Shown piece by piece: positions 30,950-40,641 of a stretch of DNA of 64,000 nt. Both the position numbers and the translations under genes were made by a program. How positions within the stretch are numbered: the stretch's first letter is position 1; each line of letters opens with the position of its first letter. Source of the DNA: an uncultured SAR86 cluster bacterium (lineage in GTDB: Bacteria > Pseudomonadota > Gammaproteobacteria > Magnimaribacterales > D2472); assembly GCA_902517425.1 (NCBI GenBank), contig CABYCI010000001.1, forward strand, positions 42,620-106,619, given 5' to 3'. A model generated the notes under the pieces. The model was not told the origin of the DNA. It saw nothing but the letters and a program-made list of their open reading frames with translations, and did no database searches.

Positions 30950-32290
30950 ATGTCAATGAAAATTAATTTTTACAGCAAATTACTAATAGTTGTTCTTTCA
31001 TGCTCGTATTTATCTGCTGAAAATATTCTTGAAATTTATAACGAAGCTCTTGAAAACGATCCTACATATAGGTCAGCTGAATACTCATATCTTGCTGATA
31101 AAGAAATCGTTGTTCAAGGAAGGGCTGCCCTGCTCCCAAGCATTACTTTAAGTGGCTCAACTAATTGGAATGAATACTATCAAAATGATATCTTGCAGCA
31201 GGAATATAACTCTTTTTCAAAGTCAGCTAGAATTACACAACCTTTGTTTAGATTGGACACTTGGTTTAATTTTAAGAGATCAAAGTCATTAACAAATGCT
31301 GCTGAAGCAGATTTTGCATATGAACAACAAAGTCTTTTACTTAGAACTGCTGAATTATATTTTGGAGTATTGAGGGCAATAGATAATTTAAATGCTGCAA
31401 TATCTGAAGAAAAGGCTATTAAAAAGCAATTAGATCAAGCTCAACAAAGGTTCGAAGTTGGCTTGTCTGCTATAACTGGAGTCCAAGAAGCTCAATTAGC
31501 ATTTGATCTAAGTAAGGCTGCAAGAATTAGTACTGAAGGTAATTTATTTTCTGCAAGAGAAGCTTTAAATGCTTTAATTGGAAGAGAAATTTTTTCATTG
31601 AATGAATTAGGTGATGACCTCAATGTTTCCTCCCCATATCCAAACTCTAAAGAAGAATGGGTTGAGTTAGCTCTAAAGAATAATTACCAATTAAAAGCAT
31701 CATATTTAAGAAAAGATGCTGCTAAGAATAACGCAAGAAATGCTGCATCCAACCATCTACCAAAAATAGATATTGTTGGAAGTGGCTCAGATTCTGAAAC
31801 TAACCAATTTAATTATGAGGGTTTTGAAATCAACGGACAGGGCATTCCAATACCGGCAGTGACTGGAAGAAGAAACTATGCAATACAAATGAGCGTTCCT
31901 ATTTTTCAAGGCGGAGCTGTTAGTTCAAGACGAAAACAAGCATATTCTCAATACAATCAAGCAGATGAAAATTCATTATTTACTGAAAGAAGGGTCATTC
32001 AGGAAGTTCGATCACAATTCTCTAATGTTGCTACTTTGGTTGCAAATGTTACTGCACAAAAACAAGCAGTTATTTCGGCAACTAGTGCACTAGAAGCTAC
32101 CCAAGTTGGTTACAAGGTTGGTACAAGGAATGTGGTTGACCTTCTGCAAGCTGAGAAAAATCTTTATAGTGCTGAAAAAAACCTTGCGAACGCAAAATAC
32201 GACTACATCCTTGCTAATTTAAGGTTAGCCTTAGCTGCAGGAACAATTAGCCCAAGTGACATTGTAGATATAAATAATCTTCTAAAATAA
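30950..32290 (+). CDS. tolC: Outer-membrane efflux channel TolC
   Basis: Signal peptide, LLEIYNEALENDPTYRSA and the two repeated coiled-coil/beta halves are present. Size is 446 aa. It is divergent from parE, as in E. coli. Confidence 0.85.
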   Translation: MSMKINFYSKLLIVVLSCSYLSAENILEIYNEALENDPTYRSAEYSYLADKEIVVQGRAALLPSITLSGSTNWNEYYQNDILQQEYNSFSKSARITQPLFRLDTWFNFKRSKSLTNAAEADFAYEQQSLLLRTAELYFGVLRAIDNLNAAISEEKAIKKQLDQAQQRFEVGLSAITGVQEAQLAFDLSKAARISTEGNLFSAREALNALIGREIFSLNELGDDLNVSSPYPNSKEEWVELALKNNYQLKASYLRKDAAKNNARNAASNHLPKIDIVGSGSDSETNQFNYEGFEINGQGIPIPAVTGRRNYAIQMSVPIFQGGAVSSRRKQAYSQYNQADENSLFTERRVIQEVRSQFSNVATLVANVTAQKQAVISATSALEATQVGYKVGTRNVVDLLQAEKNLYSAEKNLANAKYDYILANLRLALAAGTISPSDIVDINNLLK

Positions 32291-32293
32291 ATC

Positions 32294-33591
<1,298 letters not shown>

Positions 33592-33657
33592 TCATACTAA
33601 ATATTAGTGTTTAATGAAAATTATTAATAATGCTCATTCTTTTAATTACGCATAAAT

Positions 33658-33686
33658 TTGATACATTTTTAAGTTTTTTGTATGAT
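33658..33686 (+). promoter_or_regulatory. Putative sigma70 promoter of the proteorhodopsin gene
   Basis: TTGATA (33658-33663), a 17-nt spacer and TATGAT (33681-33686). Downstream in the leader are a perfect hairpin GGAGTA-ATTT-TACTCC (33709-33724) and the SD AAGGAG (33736-33741), 6 nt before the ATG. Confidence 0.45.
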
Positions 33687-33747
33687 AGACACTTGTATAT
33701 TTCAGGGGGGAGTAATTTTACTCCTACTTACTTATAAGGAGTTATAT

Positions 33748-34476
33748 ATGAAATTTTTATTAACAATGGTTAGTGTTCTTGCGCTACCTGCTTTTGCTGC
33801 TGACTTGCAGACAAGTGATATCACAGGAGTGACATTCTGGCTGGTAACAGCTGCTATGCTTGCTGCTACTGTATTTTTCTTTGTTGAAAGAGACAGAGTT
33901 CACGGCAAATGGAAAACATCATTATCAGTTGCTGGTTTAGTTACTGGTGTGGCGTTTTGGCATTATCTCTATATGAGAGGTGTTTGGGTCGAAACTGGAA
34001 CATCGCCAACTGTATATAGATACATTGACTGGTTAATCACGGTTCCACTTCAAATTATTGAGTTCTACTTAATTCTTAAAGTGTGTACTAACGTTAGCTC
34101 AAGCGTATTTTATAAGCTTTTAGGAGCTTCATTAGTTATGCTTGTAGTTGGTTTCATGGGTGAAACTGGTTCAAACGCAATGATTTGCGGAATAGTAGCA
34201 ACACTTGCATGGTTATACATTATCTATGAAGTATTTTCTGGCGAAGCTGGAAAATTAAATGCTTCAAGTGGTAATGCTGCAGCACAAAGCGCATTTGGAA
34301 CAATCAGATTGATTGTTACTTTTGGTTGGGCTATATATCCAATAGGATATTGGCTTGGCGCAATGGGCGGTGGTGATATGGCTGGTGCAAATACAATATA
34401 TAACCTTGCTGATTTTATAAATAAAATCGCGTTTGGTTTAGCTATTTACGTTGCAGCTGTTAGCGACTCAGAATAA
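33748..34476 (+). CDS. Proteorhodopsin (light-driven proton pump), Gln105 blue-type
   Basis: The ORF is near-colinear with SAR86 green proteorhodopsin: FWLVTAA..VFFFVERDRV..KWKTSL..FWHYLYMRGVW.ETG.SPTVYRYIDWLITVPLQIIEFYLIL...FGWAIYPIGY...IYNLADFINKIAFGL. Asp97, Gln105, Glu108, His75 and the Schiff-base Lys are all readable. The start is set at ATG 33748 (MKFLLTMVSVLALPAFA signal) instead of ORF-track 33682. Confidence 0.92.
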   Translation: MKFLLTMVSVLALPAFAADLQTSDITGVTFWLVTAAMLAATVFFFVERDRVHGKWKTSLSVAGLVTGVAFWHYLYMRGVWVETGTSPTVYRYIDWLITVPLQIIEFYLILKVCTNVSSSVFYKLLGASLVMLVVGFMGETGSNAMICGIVATLAWLYIIYEVFSGEAGKLNASSGNAAAQSAFGTIRLIVTFGWAIYPIGYWLGAMGGGDMAGANTIYNLADFINKIAFGLAIYVAAVSDSE

Positions 34477-34492
34477 TTTAATTTTTATTCTT

Positions 34493-34520
34493 AAAACCCA
34501 GCTTTATGCTGGGTTTTTTT
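34493..34520. terminator. Bidirectional rho-independent terminator shared by proteorhodopsin and the convergent SDR gene
   Basis: AAAACCCAGC-TTTAT-GCTGGGTTTT forms a perfect 10-bp stem, followed by T7 on the + strand and preceded by A4 (U-tract for the - strand transcript). The SDR stop codon (34519-34521) abuts it. Confidence 0.8.
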
Positions 34521-35241
34521 ATGGTTGAATTTCTTCACCATTCCAAGCAAAGATCTTGCCTGTATCTTCGATATCAAGATTAGCAATAACTTCGAGTAAT
34601 TTTTTTGCGCTATAGTCTGGAGTAAAAAGACTATTGCTCTTAACATTTTTTTCAAACGGCTTACTCAGATAACTTTTAACTGTCCCTGGTTGAAGCCCAA
34701 CAAAAATAGCTTCAGGATTAGATCTTTTCACTTCAATGCTAAAATTTTTTATGATCTGGTTGAGAGCAGTTTTGCTTGCTCTGTATGAATACCAACCTCC
34801 TATTTTATTATCAGTGATGCTCCCAACTCTTGCACTTAAAAATGCGAAAGTGCTTTTGGTACTTTTTTGTAATAGGGGGATAAAATATTTGCCTACTAAT
34901 GTTGGGCCAATAGTGTTTACTAACAATACTTTCTTAAGTTTGATGGAATTAATATCTCTGATGCTTTTCTCTGGAAATATATCATCGTCATTATGAAGTA
35001 TTCCAGTGGCTACAAAGACTAAATCAAATTTAATATCATTAGGTAACTTTTGAACAGCTTGTTTAATTGAATCCTCATCTTCTATATCAATAACAATATT
35101 CTTTACTTTATCAGTATCTTTATCATTAATTTTCCTTGAAAACTTATAAATACAATCAACTAGATCATCTTTCAAAAGATTTTCTGAAATTGAGTTTCCA
35201 ATAGCTCCATTGGATCCTATGACAGCAACTATTTTTTTCAT
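34519..35241 (-). CDS. Short-chain dehydrogenase/reductase (SDR)
   Basis: The nucleotide-binding loop is VIGSNGAIGNSI and the catalytic YxxxK is YRASKTALN. Size is 240 aa. The substrate is not inferable. Confidence 0.8.
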   Translation of the reverse strand: MKKIVAVIGSNGAIGNSISENLLKDDLVDCIYKFSRKINDKDTDKVKNIVIDIEDEDSIKQAVQKLPNDIKFDLVFVATGILHNDDDIFPEKSIRDINSIKLKKVLLVNTIGPTLVGKYFIPLLQKSTKSTFAFLSARVGSITDNKIGGWYSYRASKTALNQIIKNFSIEVKRSNPEAIFVGLQPGTVKSYLSKPFEKNVKSNSLFTPDYSAKKLLEVIANLDIEDTGKIFAWNGEEIQP

Positions 35242-35243
35242 AT

Positions 35244-36995
35244 TTATGGTTTTCTTATTTCATCTATCATCTGATAGATTTCCTTAGGTGGTTTACTATA
35301 AAAATTTGAAACAATTAATGCAATAACAAAATTCATGATCATTCCTAAGAATCCTATTCCTTCTGGCGATATGCCGAAAAGCCAATTTTCAGCAACATTT
35401 AATTGAGGATTGATAAACTTAAAATAAGTTATATAAGATGACGTAGCTATTAATCCAGAAATCATTCCAGCAATTGCGCCCTCTTTATTAAGTCTTTTAT
35501 AAAAAATTCCAAGAAACAAAGCTGGGAAAATAGTAGAGGCAGCCAATCCAAAAGCAAATGCAACTACCTGGGCTACAAATCCTGGTGGATAAATTCCAAA
35601 TAATCCTGCAATAATAATTGCTGCTGCTGCTGCACATCTTGCAAAAAATAACTCCTGTTTTTCTGTTATCTTTGGCATTAATATTTTCTTCATCAAATCA
35701 TGAGATATTGATGCTGAGATCACAAGTAACAATCCTGCAGCAGTTGATAAAGCTGCAGCTAATGCTCCTGCTGCAACTAATGCTATTACCCAATTTGGTA
35801 ATTGTGCTATCTCAGGATTTGCAAGCACCATTATGTCATTATCTATATATATTTCATTTGAATTTGAAAAGTCGGGACTATTTGTTGTAATCCTTTCTCC
35901 ATAATCACCCTCTTTATCATCAAGATACTTTGGCTTAACACCTTCTAGAGCATTGCCTTTTGAATAATTTATAATTCCATCATTATTTTTATCTTTCCAA
36001 GCTATTAGGCCTATGTCCTCCCAATTTTTGAACCAATTTGGAGCTTGCTTATATTCAACCTCTTGCACCGAATTTATAAAGTTAATTTTTGCAAATGTTG
36101 CTACTGCAGGAGCTGTTGTATACAAAAGCGCTATAAATACTAGTGCATATCCAGCGGACTTTCTTGCATCGCTTACTTTTGGAACTGTAAAAAATCTTAC
36201 TATTACATGAGGAAGTCCGGCTGTTCCAAACATTAACGCAGCTGTTATAAAAAATATATCTATACTGCTTTTGCTATATTCGGTGTAAGCATTAAAACCA
36301 AGATCTATAGATACTTGATCTAACTTATCCAACAAATAAGTTGACGATCCAATAACTTTATCTCCAAACCCCAGTTGAGGAATAGGATTATTAGTTATCA
36401 TTAAAGAGATAAATATTGCTGGTACTAAATAAGCGAATATCAACACACAGTATTGTGCAACTTGTGTATATGTTATTCCTTTCATGCCTCCTAGGACTGC
36501 ATAAAAAAAGACAATACACATCCCAATAATTACTCCAGTATTTATGTCGACTTCTAAAAATCTAGAAAAAACAATTCCAACACCTCTCATTTGACCAGCA
36601 ACATATGTAAATGAAATAAAGATTAAGCAAATAATTGCTACTAACCTGGCTGCCTTAGAATAATATCTAGTCCCAATAAAATCAGGTACTGTATATTTTC
36701 CAAATTTTCTTAAATATGGCGCTAATAAAAGTGCTAAGAGAACATAACCACCTGTCCAGCCCATTAAATAGACTGATCCATCTTTACCAAGAAATGCTAT
36801 TAAGCCAGCCATAGAGATAAAAGAGGCTGCTGACATCCAGTCAGCTGCTGTAGCCATACCATTTGCTAAAGGGCTGACACCTTTTCCAGCAATATAGAAG
36901 TCATTAGTTGATTGAGCTCTTGACCATATAGCTATGCCTATATATATCGTGAAGGAAATTCCTACAAACAAATAAGTTAATGCTTGAAGGCTCAT
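35244..36995 (-). CDS. Sodium:solute symporter family, large subunit (ActP/VC_2705-like)
   Basis: 583 aa with about 13-14 TM helices. SSS blocks are present (FYIAGKGVSP..NGMATAADWMSAASFI, GGMKGITYTQV). It is paired by an ATGA overlap with a DUF4212-type small subunit, the arrangement I recall for the VC_2705 subfamily. Confidence 0.85.
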   Translation of the reverse strand: MSLQALTYLFVGISFTIYIGIAIWSRAQSTNDFYIAGKGVSPLANGMATAADWMSAASFISMAGLIAFLGKDGSVYLMGWTGGYVLLALLLAPYLRKFGKYTVPDFIGTRYYSKAARLVAIICLIFISFTYVAGQMRGVGIVFSRFLEVDINTGVIIGMCIVFFYAVLGGMKGITYTQVAQYCVLIFAYLVPAIFISLMITNNPIPQLGFGDKVIGSSTYLLDKLDQVSIDLGFNAYTEYSKSSIDIFFITAALMFGTAGLPHVIVRFFTVPKVSDARKSAGYALVFIALLYTTAPAVATFAKINFINSVQEVEYKQAPNWFKNWEDIGLIAWKDKNNDGIINYSKGNALEGVKPKYLDDKEGDYGERITTNSPDFSNSNEIYIDNDIMVLANPEIAQLPNWVIALVAAGALAAALSTAAGLLLVISASISHDLMKKILMPKITEKQELFFARCAAAAAIIIAGLFGIYPPGFVAQVVAFAFGLAASTIFPALFLGIFYKRLNKEGAIAGMISGLIATSSYITYFKFINPQLNVAENWLFGISPEGIGFLGMIMNFVIALIVSNFYSKPPKEIYQMIDEIRKP

Positions 36996-37261
36996 TCTTT
37001 ATCTATTTCTTGAGAGTCTTTTGAATTTTTATAGAATTTTTTGTCTAGCTTATTCATTAATAAAACATAAATAAAAATAATTAATACAAAAAAATAAATA
37101 CTTCCTTGTTGCGAAAACCAAAAGCCTAATTTAAATCCACCAATCTTAAATTGATCTAATTCTTCAGACCAAATTATTCCAAAGCCAAAAGAAACAACAA
37201 ACCAAATCAAAAGTAAGAATGAAAGAATTATTAAGTTAATCTGCCAATAAGTAATTTTCAT
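36992..37261 (-). CDS. Small membrane subunit of the Na+/solute symporter (DUF4212-like)
   Basis: 89 aa with two TM helices and the GF.LGFWFSQQGSIYFFV block. It is translationally coupled to the SSS gene. Confidence 0.65.
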   Translation of the reverse strand: MKITYWQINLIILSFLLLIWFVVSFGFGIIWSEELDQFKIGGFKLGFWFSQQGSIYFFVLIIFIYVLLMNKLDKKFYKNSKDSQEIDKE

Positions 37262-37294
37262 ATATCTATTATAAGTCCAAGAATAGTTTAGATA

Positions 37295-37325
37295 TAAAAA
37301 AGGCGAAGTTATTTACTCCGCCTTT
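37295..37325 (-). terminator. Rho-independent terminator after fdh
   Basis: The minus-strand RNA reads AGGCGGAGU-AAAUA-ACUUCGCCU followed by UUUUUU. The stem has 8 of 9 paired positions and begins about 20 nt after the fdh stop. Confidence 0.7.
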
Positions 37326-37343
37326 CTTAAAAAAAGTAATTTT

Positions 37344-38540
37344 TTACTTTTTATAATTTGCAGCTTCTTCAGATCCGTCAGTAGCTGTACCTTTTGTGTA
37401 TGAATGAGCCCCCATGCCAGCTAAATCACCATTTTGCACTATCAAATATGGCTCTCTTATTGGTTTGTTATCAAAGAAACATTCAAGAATCTCTCTAACA
37501 CCTGCAGCATATCTGGTTTGCGCAGAAAGAGATGTTCCTGATGTATGAGGTGTCATTCCATGATTTGGCATTGTTCTCCATACATGATCATTTGGAGCAG
37601 GTTGCGGAAACCATACATCTCCAGCATAACCACTTAATTGGCCGGACTCTAGACCTCGAGCAATAGCATCCTTGTCACAAATTTTTCCTCGAGCAGTATT
37701 AACAATATAGGCACCACGTTTCATCTTATTAATCATCTCATCATTAAATAAATGTTCAGTTTTTGGATGAAGTGGACAACTTATGTTGACTACATCACAA
37801 ACAGCAACCAAAGATTCAACGGAATCATGATAAGTAAGATTTAGTTCTGCCTCTACTTCATCTGAAAGTTTATGAATATCAAAATAATGAAGATGAACAT
37901 CAAAAGGCTTCATTTTTCTTAACATATCAATACCAATTCTTCCTGCAGCTACTGTACCAACATGCATGCCCTCAACATCGTATGATCTTTGCACAGCGTC
38001 AGCTATATTCCATCCACCCTCTTTTACTATTCTGTGCTGATTGTGATAGTCCCTTACCATTGAAAGAATCATCATTACGATATGCTCAGCAACAGATCTC
38101 GAATTACAATAAGTAACTTCAACGACATCAACATTGTTATCCATAGCAGCTTGTAAATCTACGTGATCTGATCCGATGCCTGCAGTAATAGCCATTTTTA
38201 GGTTTGGAGCAGATTCCATTTTTTCTCTAGTTAAGTAGTATGGAAAGAATGGTTGAGATATAACAATATCTGCATCAACAAGTTCCTTATCCGCGTCACA
38301 CCCATCACCATCTTTGTCAGAGGTTACAACAAGAGTATGTCCAGCATCTTCAAGAAATTTTCTTAATCCTAATTCACCTGAAACACATCCCAAGAGTTCA
38401 CCAGGTGTAAAATCAACAGAACTAGGTGAAGGCAAGGTCATTCCGTCAGGATATTTATCTAGTTTGGGTAAACCATCACGGGCATATTGACTTGGCATCC
38501 CATTAATCGGATCGTCATAAAGTATACATAATATTTTCAT
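37344..38540 (-). CDS. fdh: NAD+-dependent formate dehydrogenase
   Basis: The sequence is colinear with Pseudomonas sp. 101 FDH as I recall it: MKILCILYDDP..G.P..YARD.LPK.D.YP.G.TLP.P, TAGIGSDHVDL, EVTYCNS.SVAEH, GTVAAGRIG, VNTARGK and PHTSGT.L.AQ.RYAAG..EIL. Size is 398 aa. Confidence 0.95.
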   Translation of the reverse strand: MKILCILYDDPINGMPSQYARDGLPKLDKYPDGMTLPSPSSVDFTPGELLGCVSGELGLRKFLEDAGHTLVVTSDKDGDGCDADKELVDADIVISQPFFPYYLTREKMESAPNLKMAITAGIGSDHVDLQAAMDNNVDVVEVTYCNSRSVAEHIVMMILSMVRDYHNQHRIVKEGGWNIADAVQRSYDVEGMHVGTVAAGRIGIDMLRKMKPFDVHLHYFDIHKLSDEVEAELNLTYHDSVESLVAVCDVVNISCPLHPKTEHLFNDEMINKMKRGAYIVNTARGKICDKDAIARGLESGQLSGYAGDVWFPQPAPNDHVWRTMPNHGMTPHTSGTSLSAQTRYAAGVREILECFFDNKPIREPYLIVQNGDLAGMGAHSYTKGTATDGSEEAANYKK

Positions 38541-38682
38541 TTAAATTCCCCTTTGAATATTTAACCAATCAATGGTAAATCAAAAAAAATTAAACACAAC
38601 AAATAATTAAATAAATACAATAAATCAAAATAAATAGAATTTAATTAAATCTTCATAAAAATTGTAGAATTATTAAAAAACC

Positions 38683-38783
38683 ATGAGTACAATAGTATTT
38701 ATGAGTACAAAATCATAAATATGAGTACATAAATTTGCAAAAAAAAATAAAAACATATAAAATTATGAGTACATATGAGTACA
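38683..38783 (+). repeat. Five exact direct copies of the 9-mer ATGAGTACA
   Basis: The copies start at 38683, 38701, 38721, 38765 and 38775, giving spacings of 18, 20, 44 and 10 bp. The last copy supplies the ATG of ORF 38775..39263. The array lies in the fdh / ORF divergent intergenic region. Confidence 0.9.
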
Positions 38784-39263
38784 ATTAATGATAAATATCT
38801 TGTATTAAGAGGTAAAAATAAAGATATCTATTTTATACAGAAAAGGCTATCAAAAGAAGCTGCAGCTATATTTGGTAAAGGTTTTATTAAAAAATCATTG
38901 GAAACTACTGATATTCAGGTTGCTAGAGCAAAAAGAGATAAAATTCTGCATAATATCGATGAAATGATAAGAAATAACGCTGTGAATAATGGCTTAAATA
39001 ACGATAATTCTAAAGATTTTACTCAAAATAAGGAATTTGAAACCAAATCGGTTAATAAATCGTTAGAATCTAAAAATATGTATGTACCCATAAAAGATTT
39101 TGCAGATTCAAATGCACAAGAGTACAGTAAAAATAATGATTTTAACTTTTTTTCTATTAAAATACCTAAACTTCCAAAAAAAGAGGAGATTATTATGAAG
39201 ATTGATGGATTTATACCAATAGCTATATTGATTCTTACTTTATTTATTGCCTTTATTGTCTAA
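38775..39263 (+). CDS. Hypothetical protein: integrase-arm-like N-terminal domain, low-complexity linker, C-terminal hydrophobic helix; possibly an integrase remnant
   Basis: Residues about 8-65 (YLVLRGKNKDIYFIQKRLSKEAAAIFGKGFIKKSLETTDIQVARAKRDKILHNIDEMI) fit the pattern YYFR.RVP..L....GK.EI..SL.T.D...A seen at the N-terminus of many tyrosine integrases. No catalytic R..HxxR..Y region follows. The C-terminus is IPIAILILTLFIAFIV. The 3' end overlaps the convergent kinase gene by 24 bp. Confidence 0.35.
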   Translation: MSTINDKYLVLRGKNKDIYFIQKRLSKEAAAIFGKGFIKKSLETTDIQVARAKRDKILHNIDEMIRNNAVNNGLNNDNSKDFTQNKEFETKSVNKSLESKNMYVPIKDFADSNAQEYSKNNDFNFFSIKIPKLPKKEEIIMKIDGFIPIAILILTLFIAFIV

Positions 39264-40112
39264 TTTAAGCTCTAAATTACTTATAAAATCTTCTTTTATT
39301 GATCCTTTATGTATTTTATTTATAACATAAGCCCAAATTAAATCTAAATATGAGTTCATAAGCCTCCAGTCATTAATATTATCAATAACTTTTGAATCAT
39401 TTTTAATACCATAAGATCTTATTAAAATATTAATTTCTTGTCCTTTAAGGTTAAAAGATTCTACTATTCTAGAAATGTCACAAAATCTACTATTCATCCC
39501 AGAATATTCAAAATCTATAAAGCACATATCTTTTCCACTACACAATATATTAGTGGCATTCAAATCATTGTGTGAAAATATTTTCTCGCCCTTTTCATAT
39601 AATTCTATTTTTTTAAATAGATAATTTATTTCTTCTACATATTTATTTTTCTTATTAGATATTAAAATTTTATTATATGCAGATAGTTGATCTTCAAATG
39701 TTTTAATATTTTTATTTGGTTTAATTGAATGTAAATTGCTAAGAGAAATTCCTATTAATTCTATTAACTTGTTTCTTCTTAATTTAAGATTATTTTCTTC
39801 AAAATATTTATAAATTAAGACTCCTTCTTTTTTATTATAGTAAGTAACCTCTGGAAATAATTTTTTCACTACCATCTGGTCTTGAATTGAATTGATTAAA
39901 AATTGGTTGGTAATTAATTTATTTTTTTGATTTTGTTTTTTAAATACTTTAATTATTGATTTATCTTTTTTATATTTAGCTAAATAGGTATTAGCTGTGA
40001 TGCCACTTCTGACTTTGTTTAGTATTACAAACTTTACCTTAGAACTTTTAAGGACTTCATCAATTTCAGTCATATTTTTCGCGTAGATTTTTTTTCCAAG
40101 AGATATATCCAA
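39240..40112 (-). CDS. Choline/APH-fold small-molecule kinase, predicted thiamine kinase by context
   Basis: The Brenner motif is HNDLNATNIL, followed by FIDFEYSGMNSRFCDI (the choline/thiamine kinase D.EY motif). It is the last gene of a TPP-riboswitch operon. The real start may be ATG 40073 (MTEIDEVLK), which would reduce the overlap with the pnuC-family gene to 8 bp. Confidence 0.7.
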   Translation of the reverse strand: MDISLGKKIYAKNMTEIDEVLKSSKVKFVILNKVRSGITANTYLAKYKKDKSIIKVFKKQNQKNKLITNQFLINSIQDQMVVKKLFPEVTYYNKKEGVLIYKYFEENNLKLRRNKLIELIGISLSNLHSIKPNKNIKTFEDQLSAYNKILISNKKNKYVEEINYLFKKIELYEKGEKIFSHNDLNATNILCSGKDMCFIDFEYSGMNSRFCDISRIVESFNLKGQEINILIRSYGIKNDSKVIDNINDWRLMNSYLDLIWAYVINKIHKGSIKEDFISNLELKLDNKGNK

Positions 40113-40635
40113 AAATAATTATTACCAAGTAAACTGAAAATAACCCAGCTGTTAAAAAAAGCTCTCTAGACACAAAAATGTATATTGAAATAGAATCTAT
40201 TACAAACCAATATAACCAATTCTCTAAGACTTTTATAGCAACCATATATGTTGTAATTATTGCACCAAAAGTTGTTATTGCATCAAGAAACGGTAATGCT
40301 GCATTAGTATATTTATTAAGTAGTAATCCTAATAATAATGAGATGATTAAAATAATGCTTATTACATAAAAATGCGTTTTTAATTCCCATGTTTTTATTT
40401 TGATTGACTGATTTCCAGCATATGACTTCCTCCATTGATTTAAACCAAATAATGCCATACCTATGTAGAAAATCTGGAGGCAAGCTTCCATGATTAAGTT
40501 AGCATTTATCATTATAAAGAAATATAATGATGAACTAATTATAGCCGCATACCAGCATTTTACGTCTTCTTTGGCAGCAAAAAAAAGATATAATAATGCC
40601 GTGGTAACAGCTAAAATTTCAATAATAGATGTCAT
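40066..40635 (-). CDS. PnuC-family vitamin transporter, predicted thiamine-specific (PnuT type)
   Basis: 189 aa with about 7 TM helices. PnuC blocks are present: FGLNQWRK and KVLENWLYWFVIDSISIYIF...GYISWKK. It lies downstream of a TPP riboswitch. Confidence 0.78.
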   Translation of the reverse strand: MTSIIEILAVTTALLYLFFAAKEDVKCWYAAIISSSLYFFIMINANLIMEACLQIFYIGMALFGLNQWRKSYAGNQSIKIKTWELKTHFYVISIILIISLLLGLLLNKYTNAALPFLDAITTFGAIITTYMVAIKVLENWLYWFVIDSISIYIFVSRELFLTAGLFSVYLVIIIFGYISWKKNLREKYD

Positions 40636-40641
40636 TTTAAA

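Noticed and set aside
33682-33747. Longer proteorhodopsin start at 33682 (MIDTCIFQGGVILLLLTYKELY...)
   Set aside because: ATG 33748 has an AAGGAG SD at ideal spacing and yields the canonical PR signal peptide MKFLL...AFA. The extension covers the leader hairpin.
34519-35241. SDR next to proteorhodopsin as a retinol dehydrogenase supplying retinal
   Set aside because: The idea is attractive, but nothing in the sequence beyond the generic SDR motifs (GxxGxxG-like loop, YxxxK) supports a retinoid substrate. Convergent orientation means it is not co-transcribed with PR. It is left as an untested possibility only.
38683-38783. Possibility that the ATGAGTACA array is a mini CRISPR array or simple tandem repeat
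   Set aside because: The repeat is only 9 bp, the spacings are irregular (18, 20, 44, 10 bp), and there are no cas genes. The sequences between copies are not unit repeats. It fits protein-binding iterons or arm sites better.
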